This document shows positions 1-13,650 of a DNA stretch of 64,000 bases, piece by piece. Below the pieces are notes generated by a model that was given only the letters and a program-made list of their open reading frames with translations, searched no databases and was not told where the DNA came from. Within the stretch, counting starts at the first letter, position 1. The number at the start of each line of letters is the position of its first letter. The position numbers and the translations under genes are program-made. This DNA comes from Veleropilina oligotropha (lineage: Eukaryota): contig JBEUKZ010000029.1 in the NCBI GenBank assembly GCA_048128005.1, positions 62,001 through 126,000 of the forward strand, given 5' to 3'.

Positions 1-1972
1 TGACAAGTTACAGTATACCACATGCACCATGTGTACAATTGTATTACTACTGCATGTATTATATAAAATTATTATGTCTACATTTTACTTTAATCATATT
101 TCTTAAGTTGAAATCAATTTTATCTTAATTGTATGTTACATCTTTTAATTATGTACATCAAACCTTGTTGTTCAATGAAACTCCATAATAGAAACTTCAA
201 AACATAGAGCAGAATAAAACACTGATAAACATTTCAACATTTAACTTATCAAATCTCCTAAGTTAAATCTCATAATATAATTTCAAATAAGAATTAATTT
301 ACCTTCAATAATTCTGCTCTGGTGCCATGGTACATTGAAATAAACATATAATATTCAAAGATGCTAGAAAGTTCCAATGGCGGTTATAGCAAAATTGATA
401 AACTTGAACCAAAAACTTTAACAAATATTTCTAAGTCCGAAATTAGCATTTTGAAGTAAAATTTGATATAAATCATATTCAATTTTAGTTTTATAATGTG
501 GTGCAATATTGGAAAATACTTATCTAAAATAAAAAGGTGGAAAAATCATGATTGAAATGAATGAAAAACATTTAGTGCAGGTGGCGGACAGACATCATCA
601 TTAAATAGGCAAGCATATGTGTTGCATGCGATTCAATAAAACTTCAAAAATGGAAAGCATGCAAGAGATTGTAACCTGGAGAAAAATCTTCAACATTTAC
701 CTATATAAAATTTAACAAGTTAAAATCTCACATAAATTCTTTTTTGTGATAAAATAGATTTAATTTACCATAATACTGCTCTGGTGTTATGGGATATTGA
801 AATATACATTAGATATCTAATGTTCAACGATGCTAAAAAGTTTCAATGTATTATGTCAGATAATATAACATAAAAGGAAAACTTTAACAAAATAATTTCT
901 ATATCCAGATGTAGCACTTTGAAGTAAAATTTGATTTAAATTATATTCCATATTACTGTCATAACGTCGTGCAACATTGCAGTAGACATATGTCAAATAC
1001 AATGATGATAAATGGTCCACGTTTGTCTATACAGTATAGCATTATTGAAAAACTTTAACATTCAAAATATCAAAGTTCAAAAGCAGCATTTTGAAGCAAA
1101 ATTGTATTTAAATTACATTCAATATTACTAGTGTAGTGTTATGTGACATGGAAATAGACATATCTATAATAAAATTATGATAAAGAGAGCACAGGGTTGC
1201 CTATATAGCATCATTGAAAAACTTTAGCATTCACTGCGGATGGACGGAGACGACCGGGCGGACGTACAACATCATTACATAGGCTCGCATCTGCGTTGCA
1301 GGCAAGCAAAAAATTGAAAGCATGCAAGAGATTGTACATGTAACCTTGAGAAAAAAACTTTATTTAACTTTATAAAATTTTCCAAGTTAAAATCTCACAA
1401 CTTCTTTTTTTGTGATAAAATACATTTAATTTACCTTAAATAATACTGTCTGGTGCCATAGGATATTGAAATAAACATATAATGTTCAAAGATGCTAAAC
1501 AGATTCAATATCAGATATTATAGCATCGTTGAAAAACTTTAACCAAAAACTTTTACAAAATATTTCTAAGTCCAGAAGTAGCACTTTGAGGTAAAATTTG
1601 ATTTAAATAATATCCCATGTTACTGTTATAGTGCCGTGCAACATTGGAGTAGCCATATGTCATATAAAACGATGATAAAGAGTGAACATGTTTGCCTATA
1701 GCATTATTGAAAAACTTTAACATTCAAAATTTCTAAGTCCAAAAGCAGCATTTTGAAGCAAAATTTTATTTAAATTACATTCAATATTACTAGTGTAGTG
1801 TTGTGCAACATGGGAATAGACATATCTACAATAATATTATGATAAAGAGAGCACAGGGTTGCCTATATAGCACGATTGAAAAACTTTAACATTCACTACG
1901 GACGGCCGGCCGGACGGCCGGACGTACATCATCATTACATAGGCTCGCATCTGCATTGCATGCGAGCCAAAA
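1..1972. repeat. Diverged AT-rich tandem array, ~660-bp period, units ending in GACG-type microrepeat + hairpin + A-run (Helitron/Helentron-associated satellite-like)
   Basis: GAAAGCATGCAAGAGATTGT recurs near 653 and 1316; the block CATCATTACATAGGCTCGCATCTGC..TGC recurs near 1270 and 1930; TTTGAAG(T/C)AAAAT subrepeats recur internally. Confidence 0.7.
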
Positions 1973-2297
1973 ATCACACAATTGCATAAAATGGGCATGG
2001 TTGATCGAAAGCAGATGTTGATCGAGAACGGCTTTTGATCTAAAATGGACGATAAAAATCAATTCTGGAGATAGTGCACACATAAAAACTATGAAGTCGG
2101 ATATATACTTTGAGTCTGTCAAACGGCACCAACAAAATATTTGGGGAAAATACCCATTATTTTATAACAAACTATGAAACCGCATATATAATTGGAGTGA
2201 AAATCTAAGGACACTTGCAAATTTAAGAGCACCACTAAAAATCTTGGGGGTATTTTTAACGAAATATTCGGTCATACTTATATGCAAACCATGTTGA

Positions 2298-3466
2298 AAA
2301 ATAGACAGCCGCCCGGCTATCAGGAACCCCAGCCTTATATAGCAATCAGACTGCCATATACAATCTGTGATCTTGACCTTGCCAGTAGCCCTTGGCTAAA
2401 CACTGTGCAAACTGTCCATCATGAAGAAGTTCGGATGAAAAAATGCCATTACCGGCCCGGACAAAATTTAAGGTCATTGCCGCAATGTCAAAGGTCATTC
2501 ACGTGAAATTTCGCCACCATGCACTAGCGTATGACAAGGGTAGTTAGCATACCACATGAAATCAAGGTAACATGTTTGGTAGCCAAACAATAGGCCGGAC
2601 AACATTGAAAATTGTGAGTATATTTTGACCTCTGTGACCTTGACCTTTGACCAAAGGCCATTTTTCGTATTTGTTATATGATGTACTAACCCTAAAGGAA
2701 TAGTTTGGCCCCGAAAAATAAAACAATTACGAAAAATAAAAAAAATCTAAATATAGAAAATTTGTGAAGGTCACTACGCAGAGGTCAAAGGTCAAATGAT
2801 CAAAATTTTACTGCCATGCACAGGTTTTAAGTATAGGGAACACATCTAAAAAAAAATTAGAAGGCTAACATGTTTGGTCTCCGAGAACCGGCCCGGACAA
2901 AATTTAAGGGTCAAAGGTCATTGCCGCAAGGTCAAAGGTCATTCACGTGAAATTTCGCTGCCATGCACTAGCGTATGATAAGTATAGGTTACTAACCGAG
3001 TTTGAGGTATTCATCGATTTGAAAGACCTGCGCCCGTGCGGATCGTGACACCGAGACCGCGGAGCGGTCAAGGTGTTACAGCACTGAAGCAGGTCTTTCA
3101 AATAGATGAATACCGATTAACGAGGTTTGTAACCGACTTACACAACGGCCAATTATAGCTCCTTTGTTGTCAATTTAGCTTGTGATCAGCTTTAGCCGTC
3201 TTGCACGGACGCAGGTCGGTATAGAGTGAAAAGTAGGTTGGTATGGCTATACCACCCTACTTTTGAATCGTCATTGAAAACAAGGTGTTCACGCTGAATA
3301 CCAACCTCGTTAAAACAAAAGAGCCGTTGTGTAAGGGTAGTTAGCATACCATATGAAATCAAGGTAACATGTTTGGTAGCCGAGATATAGGCCGGACAAC
3401 ATGAGCCGCCCGTCCGCCTCGGGCGATGACAATAACCCCAGCTTTTTTTTAAGCTGGGGTTAAAAA
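2298..3466. mobile_element. Non-autonomous Helentron/HINE-like element with internal duplicated core
   Basis: AACCCCAGC near 2325 and terminal hairpin AACCCCAGCT-T-run-AGCTGGGGTT near 3434-3461; TGACCTTGACC/AGGTCAAAGGTCA motifs; internal duplication (about 2450-2600 vs 2890-2982 + 3335-3400). Confidence 0.55.
2983..3334 (+). mobile_element. Palindromic non-autonomous element inserted in the HINE-like element
   Basis: Interrupts the duplicated core between TAAG and GGTAGTTAGC; long hairpin about 2987-3134; 13-bp IR CTTACACAACGGC / GCCGTTGTGTAAG. Confidence 0.6.
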
Positions 3467-3558
3467 TGATAGAAAAGCAACAGCTCAAGGCGATATTCGT
3501 AAATTAAAGGGTCCCCTTGCAAAGATAGCATTAAACAAACTGCAGTGCATCTGCTTAC

Positions 3559-3633
3559 CTTAGACTTCTCCAAACAACCATTTAAATCAGACTGCATCGT
3601 ATTGATGTTACCAGTAGCTTCATCCAGTTTATC
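3559..3633 (-). CDS. TRIM gene, probable next exon (coiled coil DKLDEATGNINTMQSDLNGCLEKSK)
   Basis: 75-nt phase-0 exon bounded by TTACAG acceptor and GTAAGC donor; in frame with the upstream exon; heptad-like sequence expected after B-boxes. Confidence 0.75.
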
Positions 3634-4234
3634 CTGTAAGTACATGGATGCATAATGTATTTCATGTTTAAACAGATTGATCCAATTTACACATATGTGA
3701 ATGCGCACGACAGTGATTTTCATGACACGCATATATAACGCAAAGCTGTAGTTTATTCTCACTTGTACCACGTTCGCAACTCAAATTTGAATTGAATATA
3801 TATTTGCATTCACTGCGCTATGGATATATCATATGATATCAAGTAGTGGCGCTTGCTCCGATCTTTATGGAAGAGATCACCGACGGAATTAGTTCTAATT
3901 TATTATATCTTATTTGTAATTTTGTACATTGTCTTCTTCATTTTTACACAAAGCTAAGTCTTATTCTATATACATGTATATTTGTAATGTAATAAATTGA
4001 ATCGACATCATACATGCTTCACTTCCATATCAATATCTTATCAAATATGTTATATGATATCACAACTTGAAAGTGTATCATTAAAGCTATATTTTGCGGT
4101 TCATTAAATGATCAGTTATACTTCTGGATCAACCATAACCTGAATACATTGATCAAACGATTTATTTACCAAGTTGCACACATCTACGTACCCCAGGACC
4201 AAGTGTTGAACTTAGTTTCGCAAAAAATTATTAC

Positions 4235-4828
4235 CTTGAATAGCGAGTGTGCTTCTTTCAGGGACATGACGTCATGATTTCTGTGTTTGCTGATATCGGT
4301 CCCCGCTATGAGAGCCTCGCAGTCACTGCAGTACATGTTGCTGTCATCCTTCTTCAGATCGATTTTACTCTTGAAATTTTCACCTGCATTCACAATCTTA
4401 TGTGCGCGGAATTTACCTTTCATGGGATGGAAAGCGTTGAAGCACTTTTCACAATACGTCGTTTCACATTCCACACAAGCTCGCCCAGCTGGTGTTCTTT
4501 GGTCACACATTTCGCATAAAAATGTATCACCTGTTCTATCCCTTGTCCGTTTATCCAAAATAATTGACTGGGCCAGACTGTTCAGCTCGTAGTTTTTGGT
4601 ATAGACTGCATCAATGTTATTTTCAAAACTCGATTCAGCCTGGCATATTGGACATGTTATCGCGCGTTTATTGAACATTTTCTTTGACAGATCCATCAAG
4701 CATTTCAAACAGTAGGAGTGTCCGCAGGGCAATATTCGGGGATCATCGAACAGCTCCAGACATATGGCACAAGACAGGTTATTTTCAAATGCGGCCGACA
4801 TGACTGGATTTTCAAATGCGGCCGCCAT
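4235..4828 (-). CDS. TRIM-family E3 ligase, first coding exon (RING + B-box1 + degenerate B-box2)
   Basis: C3HC4 RING (CAIC...LPCGHSYCLKC...CPIC) and B-box (CEMCD..CVECETTYCEKCFNAFH...H); GT donor at 4234-4233 after ...SLFK; a CAG acceptor lies just upstream of the ATG. Confidence 0.9.
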
Positions 4829-4887
4829 GACTGGATTTTATTCTGCAAGTATGCTGTAATTCAATATACTAGCCTGTAGGTACAATG

Positions 4888-5293
4888 ATGTTATCAGTAT
4901 TGTGTGGATTTTGGCACATCGAAAACCTCGAGTGACATCATACTTTTTGCAGCGGATTAATCGCGAGAACACAATCCACCGCAAAAACTACGACGTCACG
5001 AGAGGTTTCTGATGTGCCAGAATCCACACAATAACTGATAACATTTTTATTATATGCCACAACAAGTTTCTTTTTAAATTGAATCGAAAGATTATGGTAA
5101 TTTTAGTCACGAATCTGTAAGGGAGGTTGAAATAGTATAGGACTATATTGGAAGTAGGTCTTACGATTTGTCAGCCATTTTTAATATATAAGCAGGAGAC
5201 GTTTTCTGAATCGATATCAACTGTGTCCGTGATACAGTGTCTCAGAAAACTTCGCGAGAATAAGCGTCAGAAAACGACTGGCATATAATAAAA
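4888..5293 (+). mobile_element. Palindromic non-autonomous element (terminal hairpin + short distal IR)
   Basis: Hairpin arms 4888-4950 / 4981-5044; 15-bp IR TTTTATTATATGCCA / TGGCATATAATAAAA. Confidence 0.6.
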
Positions 5294-7408
5294 GTAAATA
5301 CGTCCATGTGCCGATTTATCAAGTTTATTTCATTAAACGGTTATTTGTTCATCATATTTGATACTTCCTCGCTTCTCGATAACAAAGTTTACAATAATAT
5401 TTTTGTATTACATGTCCATTCGTCGACCAGAAATGATACGTATACAAACCCAAATATATGGGTTGACATATATTATATATAATATATATATAATATACAT
5501 TTATTTGTTTTCATAAAACGTTTATGCATCGGAGTCAACTGTGTATAACCGCCATGGCATAAAAACATGCCCATTCAAATATACTTCCCTGTAGACAACT
5601 CGCACATACGTACAGTACATGACGCGAACAAAAAATACGGTCCTACGAAATAGCCTAATGAAGTAAAATAACCCAAATATATTATGACCGAAATCATGCA
5701 AAGTTATCTACAAATGAACTCGTATCATCCACGTCACTTGCTCACGGTGCAAGTGGTATGCGTTGATATCAATGATATTGGTATTAATAAAGGTCTGCAG
5801 TCGCTTAGCGGCTTATCCGGTTCCGGATATCAGATATGGGTCAGCAAATGTTTCAGAAACGAATGCATTTGTGAGACACTTGCCTTTAGCCGGTGTGACA
5901 AACTTTGAGATGCAGGATACCATAAAGCTGGGGCATAAACTTCTTAATTCACGCTTGGTATATAAGGGTCACTGTCACAGAAATAAGGAAGGGGAAACCA
6001 AGGGGCATAAAACCACGTACGTAACTAGCTCCAAGGGAGATAATAAATGGGTATACCGGTATAGGCACATGATAATGGCTGCCACCACTCTCCAGGCAAA
6101 GAGATACGAAACGACGACCCCAGTCTTATATTTCTGCTCTCGCTGGTCGCTATGTGGCGGATCGCCACATAGTTAATATACATATTATTTCGCTTCAGTT
6201 TGTAATTTAATGAAGTGCAAATGACATGGTTAAGTGTTTTCAAGAAAAGGGTAGGCTAATAATAACGTTTTAAATATGAAATACAGTGATGTTAAACAGC
6301 AAATAGTTCCGCGTAGCCATATTCAGCCAATTTATGCCAATTTATTCACCGCGTAGCTAATTTAATATGTCGTAGGTGCTACCTAGAAACGAGCACTCAG
6401 ATATGGCATAAATATGATACATATAATTATTAAAACTAATTACCGGGTACAAAGTTTAAACTAATATTTAATTTTGTTATTAAAAATTTAATAATAAATT
6501 ATTAATTCTTTCAACTAGTTTATTGACATAATTGTATTGGCTCGATGTATCCCGAACTTTGACCGCTCCATGGTCTTAGTTTTATGTTATGGTAAAACTT
6601 ATATTGTAACTTGAGGAGCGATGTAGTGGGTTGCAACGATATTCTTTGTAACGGATATTTTATTTATGTGCACCGGTGAAATTACTTGTATTGCGCACCG
6701 CCTAGTCGACACACAGACGCTATGCCTATGTTATCGAAGCGAGGGAAACGACGTACGGCTCGAAGCGCACATGGCTGTGGCTCGTCCATTTAAAGTATTT
6801 GTTTAGTATATTACGTTCGTTACTTAGGGCCCGTTACTTATTCATATAAGGTACACAACACTCTCTTAGTTTGAATCGATCGGTAAACTCCGCGAATTTA
6901 CCGAATCATTTTCTCGTTGCCAAGACGACACTGGCGAATTCAAGGCAAAGCCGTCACCGCTAACGGATATCCGAGACTTGGCTTTAAAACTTCAGCGGAA
7001 TTCAATATTTATGACAGGCGCGCAGCGCCTGTCATATGCATGTTTAATGTGGAAGCGCTTCGCGTTTGACACGCTTGACAAATAAATAAAATGTGTACCC
7101 ATAAGCCAAAGCCCCATATCAACGTTAAACGATCCCAGCATGCAACCCGTTTCCGTCCAAATAATCAGAACGGTAGGGGTACACTAGATTTGTTGATCAT
7201 TGATTATTTTCTACACACACGTTACCTATAGAGCTCACACTTCGTGCTCGCTATTAACTGCACAAACGCTTCTAAAAGTTTATTTTAATTAACTTTTAAC
7301 TAAATTTGATATATTAATTACATATTAATGTTTGGAAAATTTCAAAGAGACGATATTCCAGTCGGGAAAGAAGTAGGCGGACCAGCGAGAGCATAGTCAA
7401 TAGACTAT

Positions 7409-9160
7409 CGCCTGTATTCAGAAAGCTCACTCAAACTCAACCTCGACTCACACTCCAATGAGGTTGATTGAAGGAGGGTTGGAGGGTGAGAGAAAGGTCG
7501 ACCTCACCCTCAATAAGGTCTTCCTCACACTCAGCTATATTTGTGCATTTGTTATTCACAGACGTTACTCCAGTTTGACTCGACCAAGGTCAACCTCGCT
7601 TTGTATCGCATAATTGAGAGCAAATTATTGTTCATGTTGATCCGTGCTTGTTGCGCATAACGGGAGCTCGAAAGGTGCTCTTAGAGCTATGGGTTTGTTA
7701 TGGCGAGCTGACAATACTTTTTTTAATTAGAAAAATCTGTTTTGACCGAATTAGTCGATCAATATAAGGACATTTGGGAAAGTAAGAAAAACGATTTCCA
7801 ATGTAATAAAAAGAAAACCGATATTTGAAATGTTTTAACTGATAAATTCAATAGTGCAAGTACGCATTTTTAGGGACTTCGATAGATATGCATTATTGAA
7901 CTCCCGAAATATTGTAATATTTGTCTTAATATAATGTAATATAAAAATGTCGCTACAATGATGGACAATAAATGTGTAAGGCCTTTGATATAAAATAGTG
8001 GATACCGTATGTGAAGTGTTGTTGTATGAGTGTCTCTGAATGCATGTTCTTATCCACCAATCTGCTGCTGAACATCGGTTGAGTCAACCTGGTCCTCGTC
8101 ATCTTCGACTTCATCATCTAGTAGATCATGGCGTGTCCCGATGAAATTGTACAACACGGCTGTGGCTATAATAATTATGGTGAGTGTTGTGTAAAGCTTC
8201 GTTCGAAGGCCCATGCTTAAACAAGGGAACATTCTCTTCAACACGCCAATCATCCGTTTCACTGTGTTCCTTGTACGAATCTGTGCTGCGCTATATCTAC
8301 GCTGTGGATATGTATGTGGATTAGCAACAGGCGTCATATAGTATGGGCGGAATGCAAAACAGCATCTCCTGGAAGGATTCCACTAATACGACCATCCTCA
8401 AATTCGGCGCATAAGCGACTGTTATCGAATATTCGGGAGTCATGCAAATCTTTCGGGCCATCTAGCTACAATGTTGCATTTCTAATGTAGATCCACACAT
8501 TGTCTGTACATTTATGGAAAATAAACCGTTTCGATTTCGAAATAACTCTGCATTGGAACCAACAGGACATGTGCGCAATCCATTGTCCCCACTACACCGG
8601 GAATTCCACCAAGTCTTCAAAACTGTTGCTTATACATATATCGGAACATTCCAGTTGAAATGATCCTGTGGCATAAAATCGCAATGTAACCAAATGTTGT
8701 ATATCTCAAAATATGGGCTTACCACGGTCAATGTGTTGCTCCAAATCTGATAACAAAAGTCCCAAAATTTCAAGAAAGGTATCTGGTTAACCTATATATC
8801 GCTGCCGAAACTCCTCGACATCGTACTGATTGTAATCAAGATTATTCACTCTAATATTATCATATTCTTGTATTTCTATATTTGCAACATTTTCCATTCT
8901 ATTTATCCATCTTAATGCGATGATTGTTGCGTGGACAATGACGTGAGTGAAGCTCGAGGCAGGAGCACCCGTTCCTCAAGCTTTCCTCAAAATTATCTCC
9001 TCGCGTGAGGTTGAGGAAGGTTTATGAATTGTAAACACCGTGAAGTCGACCTCTCCCTCAGTAAGGTTTACCTTACACTCATTGAGTATAAGGTCAACCT
9101 TACTGAGGATGAGGTCAACCTTAATGAGTGTGAGTCGAGGAAGGTTTCTGAATACGGGTG
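7409..9160 (-). mobile_element. PIF/Harbinger derivative, copy A (defective)
   Basis: TIRs CGCCTGTATTCAGAAA / TTTCTGAATACGGGTG, TAT on both sides; broken HARBI1-type transposase (RYSAAQIRTRNTVKRMIGVLKRMFPCL...IATAVLYNF) on minus; Myb/SANT-like remnant on plus. Confidence 0.9.
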
Positions 9161-9174
9161 TATGACTAGACTAT

Positions 9175-12100
9175 CGCCTGTATTCAGAAAGCTCACTCAA
9201 ACTCAACCTCGACTCACACTCCAATGAGGTTGACTGAAGGAAGGTTGAAGGGTGAGAGTAAGGTCGACCTCGCCCTCAATAAGGTCTTCCTCACACTTAG
9301 CTATATTTGTGTATTGAAGTGTTATTGTATGAGTGTCTGTCCGATTGAATGCCCTCACCCACCAATCTGCTGCTGAACATCTGATGCGTCAACCTGATCC
9401 TCTGCATCTTCGTCTTCATCATCTAGTGGATCACGTCGTGCCCTGATGAAATTGTACAACACGGCTGTGGCTACAATGTTGTGTCCATCTTCGTTCGGAG
9501 GTCCGTGCTTAAACAAGGGAACATTCTCTTCCACACGCCAAACATTCGCTCCACTGTGTTTCTTGTACGAATCTGTGCTGTGCTATATCTACGCTGTGGT
9601 GGCGTCTGGGGATTATTAACAGGCGTCATAAAGTATGGACGGCATGCCTATCCCGCATCCCCTAGCAGGATCCCATTAATACGACCATCCTCAAATTCGG
9701 TGCACAAACGACTATTATCAAATATTCGGGAGTCATGCACGCTTCCAGTCCATCTAACTATAATATGTTGTATTTCTAATGTGGGTACACACACTGCCTG
9801 TACATTTATGGAAACGAAAACCTATCTATTCCGGAATAACTCTGCATTGGGGCCATCAGGGCACGTAATTTTGACATGTGTGCAGTCAATTGTCCCTTCT
9901 ACACCAGGAATTTGACTAACACCCGTATTCAGAAACCTTCATCGACTCACACTCATTAAGGTCGACCTCTTCCTCAGTAAGGTTGACCTTACACTCAATG
10001 AGTGTAAGGTCAACATTACTGAGGATGAGGTCGACTTCACGTGTTTACAATTCATAAACCTTCCTCAACCTCACGCGAGGAGATAATTTTGAGGAAATCT
10101 TGAGGAACGGGTGCTCCTGCCTCGAGCTTCACTCACGTCATTGTCCACGCAACAATCATTGCATTAAGAGGGATAAATAGAATGGAAAATGTTGCAAATA
10201 TATAAAGTCAATAATATGATAATATTAGAGTGAATAATTTAGATTACAATCAGTACGATGTCGAAGAGTTTCGGCAGCGATATAGGTTAACCAAAGAGAC
10301 CTTTCAAGAAATTTTGGGACTTTTGCTATCAGATTTGGAGCCACACAATGACCGTGGTAAGCCCATATTTTGAGATATACAACAATTGGTTACATTGAGA
10401 TTTTATGCCACAGGATCATTTGAAATGGAATGCTCCGAAGCAACAGTTTTAGAGACTTGGTGGAATTCCAGGTGTAGTACTACTGTGGGCACAATGGATT
10501 GCGAACAAGTCTTGGTGGTTCCATTGCAGAGTTACTTCGGAATCGAAAAGGTTTCTTTTTCATAAATGTACAGGCATTGGGTGGATCTACATTGGAAATG
10601 CAACATTGTAGCTAGATGGCCCGGAAGAGTGCATGGCTCCCGAATATTAGATAAGTCGTTTGTGCGCCGAATTTGAGGATGGTCGTATTAGTGGAATCCT
10701 TCTAGGATATGCTGTTATGCATGCCGCCCATACTTGATGACGCCTAATGGTAATCCCCAGACACCACCACAGCGTAGATATAGCGCAACACAGATTCGTA
10801 CAAGGAACACAGTGAAACGGATGAGTGGCGTGTGGAAGAGAAGGTTCCCTTGTTTAAGCATGGCATCCGAACGAAGCGGGACACGACACTCATCATCATT
10901 GTAGCCACAGCCGTGTTGTACAATTTCATCAGGGCACGCCATGATCCACTAGATGATGAAGTCGAAGATGAAGAGGATCCAGTTGACGTAACCGATGTAC
11001 AGCAGCAGATTTGTAGATAAGGACATGCATTCAGAGACATTCATACAATAATTCACATACGGTATCCACTATTTTATATCAAAGGCATAACAAATATATA
11101 TTCCATCATTGTTGCGACATTTTTATATTACATTATATTAAGACAAATATTACAATATTCAGGAAGTTCAAAAATGCATATCTATCGAAGCCCCTAAAAG
11201 TGCGAACTTGCACTATTGAATTTATCAGTTAAAACATTTCACATATCGGTTTTCTTTTTATCACATTGAAAATTGTTGTTCTTACTTTCAAAAATGTCCT
11301 TATATTGATCGACTAATTCGGTCAAAACAGATTTTTCTAATTCCAAAAAGTATTGCCTGCTCGCCATGACACAAACCCGTAGCTCTTCGAACACATTGCG
11401 AACTCCCGTTATACACAACAAGCACGGATCAACATGAACAATAATTGCTCTCAATTATGCGACACAAAACGAGGTTGACCTTGGTCGAGTCAAACTGGAG
11501 TAACGTCTGTGAATAACAAATCCACAAATATTGCTGAGTGTGAGGAAGACCTTATTGAGGGCGAGGTCGACCTTTCTCTCACCCTCCAACCCTCCTTCAG
11601 TCAACCTCATTGGAGTGCGAGTCGAGGTTGAGTTTGAGTGAGCTTTCTGAATACAGGCGTAAGTCTCCAAAACTGTTGCTTTATAGGCCAAAATTCCTGG
11701 TTATTTGAAAAATTGGATGAACATATTCTGCAAATTCGCTATGGCATGCGAAACACGTTTTATTATTGTACTGAAGACGGCTGGGGTATGCAACACAAGC
11801 CGGAACATGCCAGTTGAAATAATCCCGTGGCATAAAATCTCAATGTAACCAAAAGTTGTATTTCTTGAGATATCGGCTTACCACGATATTTGTGTGGCTC
11901 CAAATCCGGTAGCAAAAGTCCGCAAAATTCCTGAAAGGTGTCTTTAGTTAACCTATATCGTTGCCGAAACTCCTCGTCATCGTACTGATTGTAATCAAAA
12001 TTATTCACTTTAACCTTATCATATTCCTTGCCACATTTTCAATTATATTTAGCCATCTTAACGCCATGGTTGTTGCGTGGACAATGACGTGAGGGAAGCT

Positions 12101-12285
12101 CGAGGCAGGAGTACCCGTTCCTCAAGCTTTCCTCGAAATTATCTACTCACGTGAGGTTGAGGAAGGTTTATGAATTGTAAACAAGGTGAAGTCGACCTTT
12201 TCCTCATTGAGGTTGACCTTACACTCATTGAGGAAGAGGTCAACCTTAATGAGTGTGAGTCGAGGAAGGTTTCTGAATACGGGTG
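9175..12285 (-). mobile_element. PIF/Harbinger derivative, copy E (internally deleted, interrupted by copy F)
   Basis: Same TIRs; transposase N-terminus (MNNFDYNQYDDEEFRQRYRLTK...QLLVTLRFYATG) at 11763-12008 and DDE-core remnants at 9360-9915. Confidence 0.85.
9920..11659 (+). mobile_element. PIF/Harbinger derivative, copy F (nested in E)
   Basis: TIRs CACCCGTATTCAGAAA / TTTCTGAATACAGGCG with TAA TSD on both sides; frameshifted transposase; Myb-like remnant MASRQYFLELEKSVLTELVDQYKDI on minus. Confidence 0.9.
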
Positions 12286-13332
12286 TTAGACTATGCGAGC
12301 AGAGTGGGCTGCCACTAAACCGCTACGTCATCGCTCATAAATATGCAATATTTATGCTATAAATATATAAAAGTAATTTCCTGTTCGTGGTCGGAGACAA
12401 TCGCTCTAGATCTCCTAGCTCATATATATACAAAATAATTTATCCATACAAATATTATATTGGTATAACTTACTAAACAACATACTAACGCCTGTATTCA
12501 GAAAGCTCACTCAAACTCAACCTCGACTCGCACTCCAATGAGATTGACTGAAGGAGGGTTGGAGGGTGAGAGAAAGGTCGACCTCGCCCTCAATAAAGTC
12601 TTCCTCACAATCAGCTATATTTGTGCATTTGTTATTCACAGACGTTACTCCAGTTTGACTCTACCAAGGTCAACCTCGTTTTGTGTCGCAAAATTGAGAG
12701 CAAATATTGTTCATGTTGAACCGTGCTTGTTGTGTATACCGGGAGTTCGCAATGTGTTCGTAGAGCTACGGGTTTGTGTCATGGCGAGCAGTCAATAGTT
12801 TTTGGAATTAGAAAAATCTGTTTTGACCGAATTAGTCGATCAATATAAGGACATTTTGGAAAGTAAGAAAAACGATTTTCAATGTAATAAATAGAAAACC
12901 AATATGTGAAATGTTTTAACTGATAAATTCAATAGTGCAAGTTCGCATTTTTAGGGGCTTCGATTGTTATGCATTTTTGAACTTCCTGAATATTGTAATA
13001 TTTGTCTTGATATAATGTAATATAAAAATGTCGCAACAATGATGGAATATAAATTTGTTATGCCTTTGATATAAAATAGTGGATACCGTATGTGAAGTAT
13101 TATTGTATGAATGTCTCTGAATGCATGTCCTTATCTACAAATCTGCTGCTGTATATCGGTTATGTCAACTGTATCCTCTTCATCTTCGACTTCATCATCT
13201 AGTGGATCATGGCGTGCCCTGATGTAATTGTACAACACGGCTGTGGCTACAATGATGATGAGTGTCGTGTGCAGCTTCATTCGGAGGCCCATGCTTAAAC
13301 AAGGGAACATTCTCTTCCACACGCCAATCATC

Positions 13333-13650
13333 TGTGAAAATGATCTTAAACTTCCCGAAGCAACTACAAAGTATATGATCGATCGAGCCCACCGAATTGG
13401 CAAACGGAGTGACAGACCTAGAGGGATTGTGGCGAGGTTCCCACTTTTTCAGGACAGAGAGGTCATTCGGAGAGCTTCAACTGAGCTGAAGGGGACCCGG
13501 TATGGCATCTCCGAACAGTTCCCTCGTGTTATCCAACAACGTCGGAAAGAGTTATTGCCAATTTTAAAGGAAGCTAAGAAGAGAGGGCAGAAGGCGCACT
13601 TGGTCGTCGACAGGCTCTACATCAACAACAAACTGTATATACCTAACTGA
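13333..13650 (+). CDS. LINE ORF1 C-terminal fragment (L1-ORF1/transposase-22-like RRM + CTD)
   Basis: IDRAHRIG..RPRGIVARF...YGISEQFP..IQQRRKELLP...LVVDRLYINN motifs typical of LINE ORF1; 5' end missing. Confidence 0.8.
   Translation, partial: CENDLKLPEATTKYMIDRAHRIGKRSDRPRGIVARFPLFQDREVIRRASTELKGTRYGISEQFPRVIQQRRKELLPILKEAKKRGQKAHLVVDRLYINNKLYIPN

Noticed and set aside
13228..13332. N-terminus of the 140-aa ORF as a real ORF1 start
   Set aside because: It is antisense Harbinger sequence fused in frame to the truncated LINE ORF1.
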